23,995 nt of DNA. Source: an uncultured Pseudomonadota bacterium. Its GTDB lineage: Bacteria; BMS3Abin14. The notes beneath the pieces were generated by a model. The model was not told the DNA's origin. It searched no databases and was given only the letters and a program-made list of their open reading frames with translations. Within the stretch, counting starts at the first letter, position 1; every line of letters starts with the position of its first letter. The stretch lies in the NCBI GenBank assembly GCA_964454175.1, contig CAYVSA010000021.1:1-23995 (forward strand). Direction: 5' to 3'. Both the position numbers and the translations under genes were made by a program. Of the stretch, positions 8,008 to 16,631 are shown piece after piece.

Positions 8008-9459
8008 ATGACTGAAAAGAAGGAGCAAAAGCCAAAAAAGGAGAAGATCCCAAGGCAGGGCATGCCGGAGCAGGACCCCCCGGTTCGAGCAAAGAATTTC
8101 GATGAGGTACCCCTGGGGTACCCGGAAAAGACCGCAATGCTGGAAGCATCCCGGTGCATCCAGTGCAAAAAGCCCCGGTGCGTCGCAGGCTGTCCTGTGG
8201 GGATCGACATCCCTGGTTTCATCCATGCGATCGAAGTGGGGGATTTTAAGAAATCCATCCGGGTTCTCAAGGAGAGCAATGCTCTGCCAGCCGTATGCGG
8301 CAGGGTCTGCCCCCAGGAGGACCAGTGCGAGGTTCTGTGCATAATCGGCGTCAAGGACGAACCGGTTGCGATCGGGAGGCTGGAGAGGTTCGCGGCAGAC
8401 TGGGAGAGGGACCAGCCTGAATCGGAGATACCCCGGATCGGTACACCCACAGGCAAGAAGGTGGCAGTAGTGGGAGCCGGGCCCGCTGGCCTGACTGTGG
8501 CTGGCGACCTTGTTGTCAAAGGTCACGAAGTAACTGTCTTTGAGGCACTTCACCGGCCGGGTGGTGTTCTTGTGTATGGCATCCCGCAGTTCAGGCTGCC
8601 CAAGGAAATAGTCTACTACGAGATCGACAATCTTGAACGGATGGGAGTCAAGATCATCTACAATATGGTCATAGGAAAGACCCTTGCCGTAAAGGATCTT
8701 ATGGAAAAAGAGGGCTTTGACACGGTGTTCCTCGGCGTGGGTGCCGGATTGCCGTGGTTCATGGGAATCCCGGGAGAGAACCTCAATGGGGTATACTCTG
8801 CCAACGAATACCTCACACGGGCGAACCTGATGAAGGCCTACCTTTTCCCGAAGTACGACACTCCCCTTGCTACCGGTAAAAAAGTTGCCGTCATAGGGGG
8901 CGGCAACGTGGCAATGGATTCAGCCAGGACTGCCTTGAGAATGGGGGCGGAGGAAGTGTCAATTGTCTACCGGCGGTCCAGGAAGGAAATGCCGGCCAGG
9001 GCTGAAGAGATACATCACGCCGAAGAGGAAGGGCTCAAGTTCGAACTCCTGACAAACCCTGTAAGGATGATAGGTGATAAGGATGGATGGGTCACCGGCA
9101 TGGAGTGCATTCGGATGGAACTGGGAGAGCCCGACGATTCCGGCAGACGCAGGCCTGTACCGATCAAAGGCTCCGAGTTCGTGCTTGACGCCGACACCGT
9201 TATAGTTTCCGTGGGAACAGGCGCAAATCCCCTTCTCACCAAGTCAACCGAAGGGCTCGATCTCAACAAGTGGGGCTATGTGGAGATCGACGAGAGAACA
9301 GGCGCTACCAGCCTTCCTGGAGTGTATGCGGGAGGCGACATTGTGCGTGGGGCGGCCACAGTTATTCTGGCCATGGGCGACGGCAGGGTAGCCTCGCGAG
9401 CCATGCAGGCCTATATGATGGGGGAGGAGCTTGAATTCGAGGATGAAGACGGCGGGTAG
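8008..9459 (+). CDS. nfnB: NfnB/SudA (GltD-like) large subunit of NADH-dependent ferredoxin:NADP+ oxidoreductase
   Basis: EASRCIQCKKPRCVAGCPV, VCGRVCPQEDQCE, GAGPAGL, YGIPQFRLP, GGGNVAMD, YRRS, GGDIVRGAATVILAMG; adjacent to nfnA with no gltB. ATG 8008 preferred over GTG 7987. Confidence 0.88.
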   Translation: MTEKKEQKPKKEKIPRQGMPEQDPPVRAKNFDEVPLGYPEKTAMLEASRCIQCKKPRCVAGCPVGIDIPGFIHAIEVGDFKKSIRVLKESNALPAVCGRVCPQEDQCEVLCIIGVKDEPVAIGRLERFAADWERDQPESEIPRIGTPTGKKVAVVGAGPAGLTVAGDLVVKGHEVTVFEALHRPGGVLVYGIPQFRLPKEIVYYEIDNLERMGVKIIYNMVIGKTLAVKDLMEKEGFDTVFLGVGAGLPWFMGIPGENLNGVYSANEYLTRANLMKAYLFPKYDTPLATGKKVAVIGGGNVAMDSARTALRMGAEEVSIVYRRSRKEMPARAEEIHHAEEEGLKFELLTNPVRMIGDKDGWVTGMECIRMELGEPDDSGRRRPVPIKGSEFVLDADTVIVSVGTGANPLLTKSTEGLDLNKWGYVEIDERTGATSLPGVYAGGDIVRGAATVILAMGDGRVASRAMQAYMMGEELEFEDEDGG

Positions 9460-9463
9460 CAAG

Positions 9464-10465
9464 ATGAGTTCCGGCCAGAGGCCTGACATCACACTTGGTG
9501 ACATCAGTGAGCCGGTAAAGAATGACCTCAAGGCGCTTGATCGGCATCTTCACGCGTACCTGAAGACTGATGTGCCTGTCATCGACAGTATCTTTGAGCA
9601 TCTTATTGAGGGTGGAGGGAAGAGGTTCCGTCCTCTCCTCGTCCTCCTGGCGGCTTCCTGCGGGGAGGGAGCCGAAAAGGACGACGTGAACCGACTGGCT
9701 GTGGCCGTGGAGTTCATTCACACCGCGACCCTCCTGCACGACGACGTGGTGGACCAGTCCGATGTGCGCAGGGGCAACCGGGTGGCGCATCACATCTGGG
9801 GAGCGGAGCCGAGTGTACTGTCCGGGGATTATCTCTACTCGAGGGCTTTTTCCATCCTGGTTGAGATCGGCCACCTGGGGATACTGAAGGCCATTTCTTC
9901 TGCAACCACTTCCATGGCCCGGGGTGAAGTGCTTCAGCTGCTCCGTTCCTACAGCACAGCTACAACTGTGGAAGAGTACATCGAGGTGATAAACGGCAAG
10001 ACGGCAAGCCTCATATCCGGAGCGTGCCGAGCGGCAGGATACCTTGCGGGGTTTGATGGTGAACTGGTAGACGCGCTCGAGGCTTACGGCAAGAACCTTG
10101 GCCTGAGCTTCCAGATCATCGATGACTTGCTCGACTACACTGCAGAGGGCGGCGTGCTTGGCAAGACCACGGGAAAAGATTTTCTGGAAGGTAAAGTTAC
10201 ACTGCCGATCATCCTGCTGCTTCAGTGCCTCGACACAGAGAGCAAAAAAGATGTGGCTGACATATTTTTAAAGGAGACTCCAGACCTCGATGACTTTGAT
10301 CGTATGCGGACCATGATGGAGTCTAAAGGCGTATTTGACAAAACAAGGGAGATCGCCGGGCAGTACTCGGCAGCAGCAGGGGAGCAGGTTATGTCCTGCC
10401 CCGACTCTACATCCAGAAGCTGTCTGAATGCTCTTGCGGAGTACGTAGTCTACAGGAGGTCATAA
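9464..10465 (+). CDS. ispB: Long-chain trans-polyprenyl diphosphate synthase (IspB/HepT-like)
   Basis: GGKRFRP, EFIHTATLLHDDVVD, RRG, GKTASL, FQIIDDLLD, GKDFLEGKVTLP; ATG 9464 follows the nfnB stop. Confidence 0.85.
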   Translation: MSSGQRPDITLGDISEPVKNDLKALDRHLHAYLKTDVPVIDSIFEHLIEGGGKRFRPLLVLLAASCGEGAEKDDVNRLAVAVEFIHTATLLHDDVVDQSDVRRGNRVAHHIWGAEPSVLSGDYLYSRAFSILVEIGHLGILKAISSATTSMARGEVLQLLRSYSTATTVEEYIEVINGKTASLISGACRAAGYLAGFDGELVDALEAYGKNLGLSFQIIDDLLDYTAEGGVLGKTTGKDFLEGKVTLPIILLLQCLDTESKKDVADIFLKETPDLDDFDRMRTMMESKGVFDKTREIAGQYSAAAGEQVMSCPDSTSRSCLNALAEYVVYRRS

Positions 10466-10472
10466 AGCGGCT

Positions 10473-10985
10473 GTGACAGGGGAAAAACACCCATACGTTC
10501 AACTCGCACACAGGACCATCCTGGAGTTTGTTCGTGCAGGGAAGAGGCCGGCCCCGCCGCGCGAGCTGGTCTCGGCTGGCCAGGCCGGGGTTTTTGTAAG
10601 CCTCAAAACAGGCGGAAGGCTTCGGGGATGTATCGGGACAATTAATCCCGTCCATGAAAATCTTGCCGAAGAGATCATCGAAAATGCTGTGAGCGCTGCC
10701 ACCAGGGACCCGCGGTTCGCACCCGTCTCCCCTGAGGAACTGGACAGTCTCGACGTCTCGGTGGATGTCCTGACGCCCCCTGAACCGGTAGCTGACAGAT
10801 CAGACCTTGACGCTGCCAGATTCGGTGTCATAGTCAAGAGCAGGGGACTTACAGGGGTTCTGCTGCCCGATCTCGCCGGTGTCGACACCGTGGATGAGCA
10901 GCTCGACATTGCCAGAAAAAAAGCAGGCATAGGCCCTGATGAGAACTTTGAGATCTACCGGTTCGAGGTCAAGAGGTTTCGATGA
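10473..10985 (+). CDS. AMMECR1-domain protein (AmmeMemoRadiSam protein A type)
   Basis: GVFVSLK, LRGCIGT, AATRDPRF, SVDVL, GVLLPDL. Confidence 0.92.
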   Translation: MTGEKHPYVQLAHRTILEFVRAGKRPAPPRELVSAGQAGVFVSLKTGGRLRGCIGTINPVHENLAEEIIENAVSAATRDPRFAPVSPEELDSLDVSVDVLTPPEPVADRSDLDAARFGVIVKSRGLTGVLLPDLAGVDTVDEQLDIARKKAGIGPDENFEIYRFEVKRFR

Positions 10986-12385
10986 TCAGCACTGAACCTA
11001 CAGCTGAAAACCTGTTCAGCCTCCTTGTTGTGGACGATGAGGCCAGCGTCAGGGAGTCCCTCGAGCTTCTCCTTGAGGAGAGCTACAGGGTTTTCAAGGC
11101 TGCCGACGCGCTCGAGGCCCTCTCAAGGATAGAGGACGACGAGGTCGATCTTGTGATCCTGGACGTTACAATGCCGGGGATGGACGGCATGGAAACCTTG
11201 AGCCGCATCATGGAGCAGCCCTTTCCCCCTGAAGTTGTCATGCTCTCGGCAACGGACAGCGCCAGGCTGGGTATCCAGGCGGTAAAGGAGGGCGCCTACG
11301 ACTACATCGCCAAGCCTTTTGACAAGGAGGAGCTGCAGGAGGTGATCCGCAAGGCCCTCAGGAGGAGGAGCCTGGAGCGGGAGGTAACATTCCTCCGGAC
11401 GGAAGTAGATAAGCTCGGAGGATTTGGGGACATCGTTGGTATGTCACCCGTTATGATCGAGCTTTTCAGGATAATAGACAAGGTGGCCCAGACCGACACA
11501 AGCGTGCTCATAACAGGGGAGAGTGGGACCGGTAAGGAGCTCGTTGCCAGGGCGATCTACTCCAGGAGCCAGAGGAAAAAGGGCCCCTTCATACCTATTA
11601 ACTGCGCCGCCATCCCGCGGGAGCTCCTGGAAAGCGAATTCTTCGGCCACGAGAAGGGTGCGTTTACCAGCGCGCACAGCAGGAAGACGGGCAAGCTTGA
11701 GCTGGCAAACGGCGGCATTTTTTTCCTGGATGAGATCTCCACCCTCCAGCTGGAGCTTCAGGCAAAGCTTCTCAGGGTCCTTCAGGAAAGGGAGTTCATG
11801 CGGGTTGGCGGTGAACAGCAGATCCGGGTGGATGTTCAGGTTATAGCTGCCACGAACCAGGACCTGTCCGCGATGGTAAAAGCGGGAAAATTTCGGGAAG
11901 ACCTCTTTTACAGGCTCAACGTCATACCTATAATCCTGCCGCCCCTGCGTGACAGGAAACAGGACGTTCCTTTGCTTGTGAGGCACTTTTTGGATCTTTT
12001 ATGCGCGCGGTTGAGCAAAAAAACGCCAAAGGTTTCTCCCGAAGCCATGAAGGTCCTCAAATCCTATCACTGGCCTGGCAACGCCAGGGAACTTGAAAAT
12101 CTTCTTGAGCGGCTCGTAGTCCTCCTGCCGGAAGGCTCGGTGATCCAGGTTCAGGACCTCCCAATGGAGATAACGGTTGCCGGCAAGATCTCCGAGGCCG
12201 GTTCTGGCCCTGTTTCTGACGGTCTGCTGTCTGCCAGGGACCGTTTCGAAAAGATGTACATCCTGTCGGCCCTCAGGCGGGCCGGATGGAATCAGTCTGA
12301 GGCCGCCAAGCTACTGAAAGTTCACAGAAATACGCTCACCAAGAAAATATCCGCACTGGGGATAATTATACCTGAACAGCAGTAG
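10982..12385 (+). CDS. Sigma54-dependent response regulator (receiver, AAA+, Fis-type HTH; NtrC/AtoC family)
   Basis: LLVVDDE, LDVTMPGMDG, YIAKPF; GESGTGKE, NCAAIP, GHEKGAFTSA, FLDEI, FREDLFYRLNV, WPGNARELEN; HTH NQSEAAKLLKVHRNTLTKKI. ATGA overlap with the AMMECR1 gene. Confidence 0.95.
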   Translation: MISTEPTAENLFSLLVVDDEASVRESLELLLEESYRVFKAADALEALSRIEDDEVDLVILDVTMPGMDGMETLSRIMEQPFPPEVVMLSATDSARLGIQAVKEGAYDYIAKPFDKEELQEVIRKALRRRSLEREVTFLRTEVDKLGGFGDIVGMSPVMIELFRIIDKVAQTDTSVLITGESGTGKELVARAIYSRSQRKKGPFIPINCAAIPRELLESEFFGHEKGAFTSAHSRKTGKLELANGGIFFLDEISTLQLELQAKLLRVLQEREFMRVGGEQQIRVDVQVIAATNQDLSAMVKAGKFREDLFYRLNVIPIILPPLRDRKQDVPLLVRHFLDLLCARLSKKTPKVSPEAMKVLKSYHWPGNARELENLLERLVVLLPEGSVIQVQDLPMEITVAGKISEAGSGPVSDGLLSARDRFEKMYILSALRRAGWNQSEAAKLLKVHRNTLTKKISALGIIIPEQQ

Positions 12386-12404
12386 GCACACACTTTTGAA
12401 CTAG

Positions 12405-12422
12405 TGCACACGATCATGTGCA
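12405..12422. promoter_or_regulatory. Enhancer (UAS) palindrome 1, TGCACA-N6-TGTGCA
   Basis: TGCACACGATCATGTGCA; degenerate neighbour GGCACACACTTTTGAACT 20 bp upstream (12385-12402). Confidence 0.8.
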
Positions 12423-12486
12423 CATCCCCTATCTCACTGAATTAACAGTAAAATTCCACTGAAATCCATGTCAGCAGCAGTTACAC

Positions 12487-12504
12487 TGCACACGATCGTG
12501 TGCA
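12487..12504. promoter_or_regulatory. Enhancer (UAS) palindrome 2
   Basis: Perfect 18-bp palindrome TGCACACGATCGTGTGCA, about 110 bp upstream of the predicted sigma54 start site. Confidence 0.85.
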
Positions 12505-12578
12505 ATAAAAGTGTGACGCGTGTGGGGGCGATTCGCAAAAAAGCAGCAAAAACAGCCAGTTGGAAGTGTCAGCGGTTT

Positions 12579-12594
12579 TGGCAAGAGTCTTGCT
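12579..12594 (+). promoter_or_regulatory. Sigma54 -24/-12 promoter of the small peptide gene
   Basis: TGGCAAGAGTCTTGCT: GG 12580-12581, exactly 10 nt, GC 12592-12593; matches TGGCAC-N5-TTGCW with one mismatch. Confidence 0.88.
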
Positions 12595-12646
12595 TCTTAA
12601 GGGTTAACAGTTGATCTGAAACCCATGTAATTAAAGGAGGCATGAA

Positions 12647-12742
12647 ATGAAGAGGATTATCGCTACGCTGACACTGACTGCTCTTACCGTTATCGGCCTG
12701 GCATCTGTGGCCCTGGCATGCGGGGGTGGTGGGGGCCTGTAA
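12647..12742 (+). CDS. 31-aa secreted-peptide precursor: MKRIIATLTLTALTVIGLASVALA-CGGGGGL
   Basis: SD AAAGGAGG (12633-12640) 6 nt before ATG; basic n-region MKR, hydrophobic h-region, A-L-A cleavage motif; TAA 12740-12742; own promoter and terminator. Shorter than any ORF in the track. Confidence 0.85.
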   Translation: MKRIIATLTLTALTVIGLASVALACGGGGGL

Positions 12743-12772
12743 GAGACATTTGCAGATCGTTCCGTTCCGGAT

Positions 12773-12799
12773 AAGGGGGAGCTTTTGCTCCCCCTTTGT
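12773..12799 (+). terminator. Intrinsic terminator-like hairpin after the peptide gene
   Basis: AAGGGGGAGC-TTTT-GCTCCCCCTT perfect 10-bp stem; short U tail (TTTGT), so read-through is possible. Confidence 0.8.
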
Positions 12800-12970
12800 G
12801 CGTTGAAGCAGTTTTCCTACCTATGCGCTGGTAAAAGACATTTATTTCAGATATAACTTCAATACCTGTTTAAATGGCAGTCTCAGAGTTTTAATTAGCC
12901 ATCAAAGTTGGATCGAATTACGCATCCGGGTTCCCTGGCTGTTCCCGGAGTTGTACGGAGCTGACATCTG

Positions 12971-14563
12971 ATGCAGCAAGCGCGTTTTTACACAGGGGCA
13001 CTCTCCCTGGTCCTGATAATATTTTTCACCTCCATCCTGTCTCTCTCTCCGGCAGAAGCGTCCGGTGTGTTCCGCTTCCCCCTTTTCTGGATAGCTTCGA
13101 CATTCGATCCGGTGTTTGATTCTTCCAACTCTATTTCCTACATAGCTCAGCAGGTTGGAGACGGTCTGGTTGCCTACGACAGGAACCTCAGGGTAATTCC
13201 CGGCCTGGCAAAAAGCTGGAGGGTCAGCAAGGACGGCAGGGAATACCTGTTCACCCTCAGGGACGGCGTCAAATTCCACAACGGCAAACCACTCACTGCT
13301 GATGATGTAGTTGCCTCCATCCTGAGGATCTTCAGGTCGGGCAAGCTGCCGGCACAGGGTATGTTTTTTGAGCGCATAGACGGAGCTTCGGAGCTCCTGG
13401 AGGGAAAGGCTGAAACACTTTCCGGTCTGGAAGCTGTTTCCGAGGGGGAGGTAAGGCTCCGGCTCGCCGAGCCCTATGCGCCCTTTTTGTCCTCCCTGGC
13501 CACGCCCCTTGCCAAGATAATCCCCGCCAATCTCGCCAGGGATACCACCGGAATGTACGGCAGACATCCCGTTGGCACGGGCCCTTTCGTTTTTGTCTCT
13601 GCAGACGAGAAGGAGATCATCCTCAGGGCCAACCCGGATTATTTCAGCGGCCCCCCAAAGTTGGACGAGATCCGCTTTGTGCTTTACAGGGGTGGTGACA
13701 GGGACAAAGCTTTTACCGACTTCAAGGAGGGACGACTCGAAGGCGCGCCCCTTCCCGGGTCCGTCGATCCGGCACAGCTTCGCAAAACAGGCTTCAATGT
13801 GATCTCCAGGCCGCGCCTCTCAATGATGTTCTACGGCATGAATGTAAAAGTCCCGCCGTTCGACAACCCGGATCTGAGGATGGCCCTGGCCCTTGGGACC
13901 GACAGAAAAACAAACGTCAGTAAAAAACTGGGAGGCAGCCACTTTCCGGCCAACCAGATACTGCCCCCCGGCATGCCGGGATACACGCCGGACAACGCCC
14001 TCCTTAAGTATGATCCAAAAAAGGCCGCCAGGCTCCTTGAAAAAGCTGGTTATCCACAGGGCAGAGGCCTCGAGGACCTGAATCTGGCCTCGGCTTCTCA
14101 CTCCAACTTCGCAGTCAGGGAACTGGAGCTTTTCGCAGCTGACATGGCCAGGCTTGGTGTAAAAGTGAGCCCTGTTTTTGTGGACAGCTGGGATGAGTTC
14201 AAAAAAGGTGTTGTTGAAGGCAAATATCCGCTCTTCAGGTATGCCTGGTACGCTGACGCACCTTCACCCGATGATTTCATGGCGCCCCTTTTTGAGACCG
14301 GATCCAGCGCGAACCTGACCCACTTCAGCCGTCATGATGTGGACAGTCTCCTGGAGAAAGCCAGGAAGGAGATAGATCCGGCAAAACGTGCCGGGCTTTA
14401 TAGAAAGGCAGAGAGTACTGTTCTGAATGATGCTCCAGTTATACCCCTCCTGTTCATCTCCACCCAGGCTGTCTTCCAGGCCTGGGTTCATGGCATAGAC
14501 CTTCCTGCCATCGGAAGTCCATACATGCCCCTCAGGCAAGTATCGGTAAGGGGCGCTCCCTGA
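12971..14563 (+). CDS. Family 5 (OppA/DppA-like) periplasmic solute-binding protein; no cognate permease in the window
   Basis: Signal peptide ending AEA; PGLAKSWRVSKDGREYLFTLRDGVKFHNGKPLTADDV signature, PVGTGPF, PPFDNPDLRMAL, YDPKKAARLLEKAGY, DAPVIPL. Confidence 0.93.
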   Translation: MQQARFYTGALSLVLIIFFTSILSLSPAEASGVFRFPLFWIASTFDPVFDSSNSISYIAQQVGDGLVAYDRNLRVIPGLAKSWRVSKDGREYLFTLRDGVKFHNGKPLTADDVVASILRIFRSGKLPAQGMFFERIDGASELLEGKAETLSGLEAVSEGEVRLRLAEPYAPFLSSLATPLAKIIPANLARDTTGMYGRHPVGTGPFVFVSADEKEIILRANPDYFSGPPKLDEIRFVLYRGGDRDKAFTDFKEGRLEGAPLPGSVDPAQLRKTGFNVISRPRLSMMFYGMNVKVPPFDNPDLRMALALGTDRKTNVSKKLGGSHFPANQILPPGMPGYTPDNALLKYDPKKAARLLEKAGYPQGRGLEDLNLASASHSNFAVRELELFAADMARLGVKVSPVFVDSWDEFKKGVVEGKYPLFRYAWYADAPSPDDFMAPLFETGSSANLTHFSRHDVDSLLEKARKEIDPAKRAGLYRKAESTVLNDAPVIPLLFISTQAVFQAWVHGIDLPAIGSPYMPLRQVSVRGAP

Positions 14564-14576
14564 CGGCAGGGTTGAA

Positions 14577-16403
14577 ATGGGCCGTACCACTCTTCAGAAA
14601 AAACTAACATTCCTGTTCGGAGCCATAATTGTAGCTGTCGTTCTGACGGTGGGGGGGATATCTGTCTACCATGCCAGGGACCTTCTCATAGAGCAGGCAA
14701 GGAGGACTGGGACTGCTCTGGCGGGCAGTATCGCAGCCGCATCTTCCAACGATTTTTTCAACTACAACTACGTCGGGCTTGAGCAAAAAGCTGAGGAAGC
14801 AAGCCGCGATCCCGAGGTAGCCTACGTTATCCTTTACGATAAAGAGGGGAAGGTGGCCGCTTATTCCGGGCAGGGCTCTGCTGAAAGCCGGTCTGCGCCT
14901 GAAAACCTGGAACCGGCCCTGACAGCAACAGGCAATACCCTTATCTCCGGAGGTCTCATGGAGGGTTTTTCCGGACGGGGCCTCGATATCATCGTATCAG
15001 TCACCATGGACGAAGGCGGCAGCGCGTGGGGCAGCGTACGCCTGGGCCTGAGGCTTGACCGGATCTACAACAGGATTACGCTGCTGACATGGCTTGTCTT
15101 CTTCCTGTGTCTTGCCGGTATTCTGGTTGGCGCGGCGGCATCGGCAGTTTTTACCAGGCGCATAACAGTACCGCTAAAGAACCTGGTTGACGCGGCAGTG
15201 CAGGTTTCGGAGGGGGAATTCGAGACCCGGATCCGGGTTAAGACCGGTGATGAAGTCCAGGACCTTGCCGACAACTTCAACTGGATGGTAAGCCAGCTTG
15301 CGCAGCAGCGCAGCAGCCTCGAGGAGAATCTCCGGGAAATAAAGCGGCTCAAGCACTACAGCGATCTGGTTATCCTTTCAATAACCAACGGTCTCGTCAC
15401 AATGGGGAGTGACGGGGAAATAATCTCCTTTAACAGGATGGCCGAAAGTATCCTCGACGCACCAGCTGAGGATGTTCTCGGCAGAACACCGACCCAGGTG
15501 TGGGGCAGCCAGGCGGCCGTGGCCGTGATGGAGGCTGCACCGGGCGGCGGCGGGACCCCCAGAGAGGATGAAGTGAGGTGGGTCACATCGGATGGCCAGG
15601 AGCGCACTCTCCAGATGACGACCACCGATATACAGGAGGGGGACGGTACTACGGTTGGACGCCTGGCACTCATTTCCGATCTCACAGAGAAAAAGGAGCT
15701 TGAAAAGCGGGTGAAACGGGCTGACCGCCTGGCCGCCCTGGGCACCCTGGCAGCGGGCTTGGCCCACGAGATAAGGAACCCCCTGACAGCCATCAGGACT
15801 TTTGTGCAGCTCGTACCGGAAAGACATGAAAACTCACTTTTCATGGACAAGTTTAACAGGACCGTTCCCCGGGAGCTTGACCGGGTCAACAACCTCCTCG
15901 AAGATCTCCTCGATCTGGTTCGAAAGCCGACGTTAAACATTACTCAAATCAGGCTGAAAGACTGTGTTGACCATGTTCTGGACACTCTGGGACCCGAGAT
16001 AGACAAGAGGGGTGTGGATGTCCAGGTGAACTTTACAGGTGGGTCCGGTTCTGTCAGGGCGGACATGGACTATCTGACGAGGGCAATGTTCAACGTGATC
16101 CTTAACGCGGTCCAGGCCATGCCTCAGGGCGGCTCACTCCGCATCAGTTCGGAAAGAAATGCCCAGCAGGGAGAGCCCGAGGCAGAAGTCATAACCATTT
16201 CCGATGATGGTTTCGGGATCCCGGACGAATACCTTGATGAGGTTTTTAACCCTTTCTTTACCAACAAGGACAAGGGAACCGGACTTGGGCTGGCCGTTAC
16301 AAACAAGATAATTGAGGATCTTGGCGGCTCCATCTCGGTTCAAAGTGAAAGGGGCAGAGGAACAGATTTCACGATAAGCCTGCCAGTTTTCGAACCGCAC
16401 TGA
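14577..16403 (+). CDS. Membrane sensor histidine kinase (TM, periplasmic domain, TM, HAMP, PAS, HisKA, HATPase)
   Basis: Two TM segments; HAMP (ITVPLKNL...GDEVQDLADNFNWM); PAS (FNRMAESIL); H-box LAHEIRNPL; NVILNAVQAM, DDGFGIP, FNPFFTNK, GTGLGL; starts 13 nt after the binding-protein stop. Confidence 0.95.
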   Translation: MGRTTLQKKLTFLFGAIIVAVVLTVGGISVYHARDLLIEQARRTGTALAGSIAAASSNDFFNYNYVGLEQKAEEASRDPEVAYVILYDKEGKVAAYSGQGSAESRSAPENLEPALTATGNTLISGGLMEGFSGRGLDIIVSVTMDEGGSAWGSVRLGLRLDRIYNRITLLTWLVFFLCLAGILVGAAASAVFTRRITVPLKNLVDAAVQVSEGEFETRIRVKTGDEVQDLADNFNWMVSQLAQQRSSLEENLREIKRLKHYSDLVILSITNGLVTMGSDGEIISFNRMAESILDAPAEDVLGRTPTQVWGSQAAVAVMEAAPGGGGTPREDEVRWVTSDGQERTLQMTTTDIQEGDGTTVGRLALISDLTEKKELEKRVKRADRLAALGTLAAGLAHEIRNPLTAIRTFVQLVPERHENSLFMDKFNRTVPRELDRVNNLLEDLLDLVRKPTLNITQIRLKDCVDHVLDTLGPEIDKRGVDVQVNFTGGSGSVRADMDYLTRAMFNVILNAVQAMPQGGSLRISSERNAQQGEPEAEVITISDDGFGIPDEYLDEVFNPFFTNKDKGTGLGLAVTNKIIEDLGGSISVQSERGRGTDFTISLPVFEPH

Positions 16404-16407
16404 TTTG

Positions 16408-16444
16408 TGCACACGAATGTGTGCACTGCACATGATCATGTGCA
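16408..16444. promoter_or_regulatory. Tandem enhancer palindromes 3 and 4 (same TGCACA-N6-TGTGCA motif)
   Basis: TGCACACGAATGTGTGCA (16408-16425) and perfect TGCACATGATCATGTGCA (16427-16444), 19-bp period. Confidence 0.85.
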
Positions 16445-16467
16445 GCTATGCCGCTGTTGTATGCCTG

Positions 16468-16480
16468 TAACCTCTTGAAT
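16468..16480. promoter_or_regulatory. IHF-like site between enhancer and sigma54 promoter
   Basis: TAACCTCTTGAAT versus consensus YAANNNNTTGATW, one mismatch. Confidence 0.5.
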
Positions 16481-16507
16481 TTACAGAAAACATACTCTTT
16501 CCATTTC

Positions 16508-16523
16508 TGGCCTGTTTCTTGCT
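16508..16523 (+). promoter_or_regulatory. Sigma54 -24/-12 promoter upstream of the two receiver genes
   Basis: TGGCCTGTTTCTTGCT: GG 16509-16510, 10 nt, GC 16521-16522. Confidence 0.8.
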
Positions 16524-16631
16524 GATCAACACCCTGAGGAATTTTCACAGAAGCTGAATCCCTGTGCGTATTGTCTGATCAACACAGTGCGTGGCAGGGT
16601 CGGGGTGCAATATTTGGAAGGAGGCGAATTA

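Noticed and set aside
8008-9459. Annotation as a true glutamate synthase small subunit (gltD)
   Set aside because: No gltB nearby and it pairs with an NfnA-type gene, which indicates NfnB/SudA.
12642-12650. Mini-ORF ATG AAA TGA overlapping the peptide start
   Set aside because: Only 1 nt from the SD; ATG 12647 has proper spacing and gives a coherent signal peptide.
12405-16444. TGCACA palindromes as CRISPR repeats, REP elements or transposon ends
   Set aside because: No regular spacer array, cas gene or transposase; positions upstream of -24/-12 elements fit enhancers.
16522-16585. Direct repeat CTGATCAACAC at 16522 and 16575
   Set aside because: Only 11 bp with no supporting context; may be chance.
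16592-16610. TGGCAGGGTCGGGGTGCAA as a sigma54 promoter
   Set aside because: Spacing is 12 nt.
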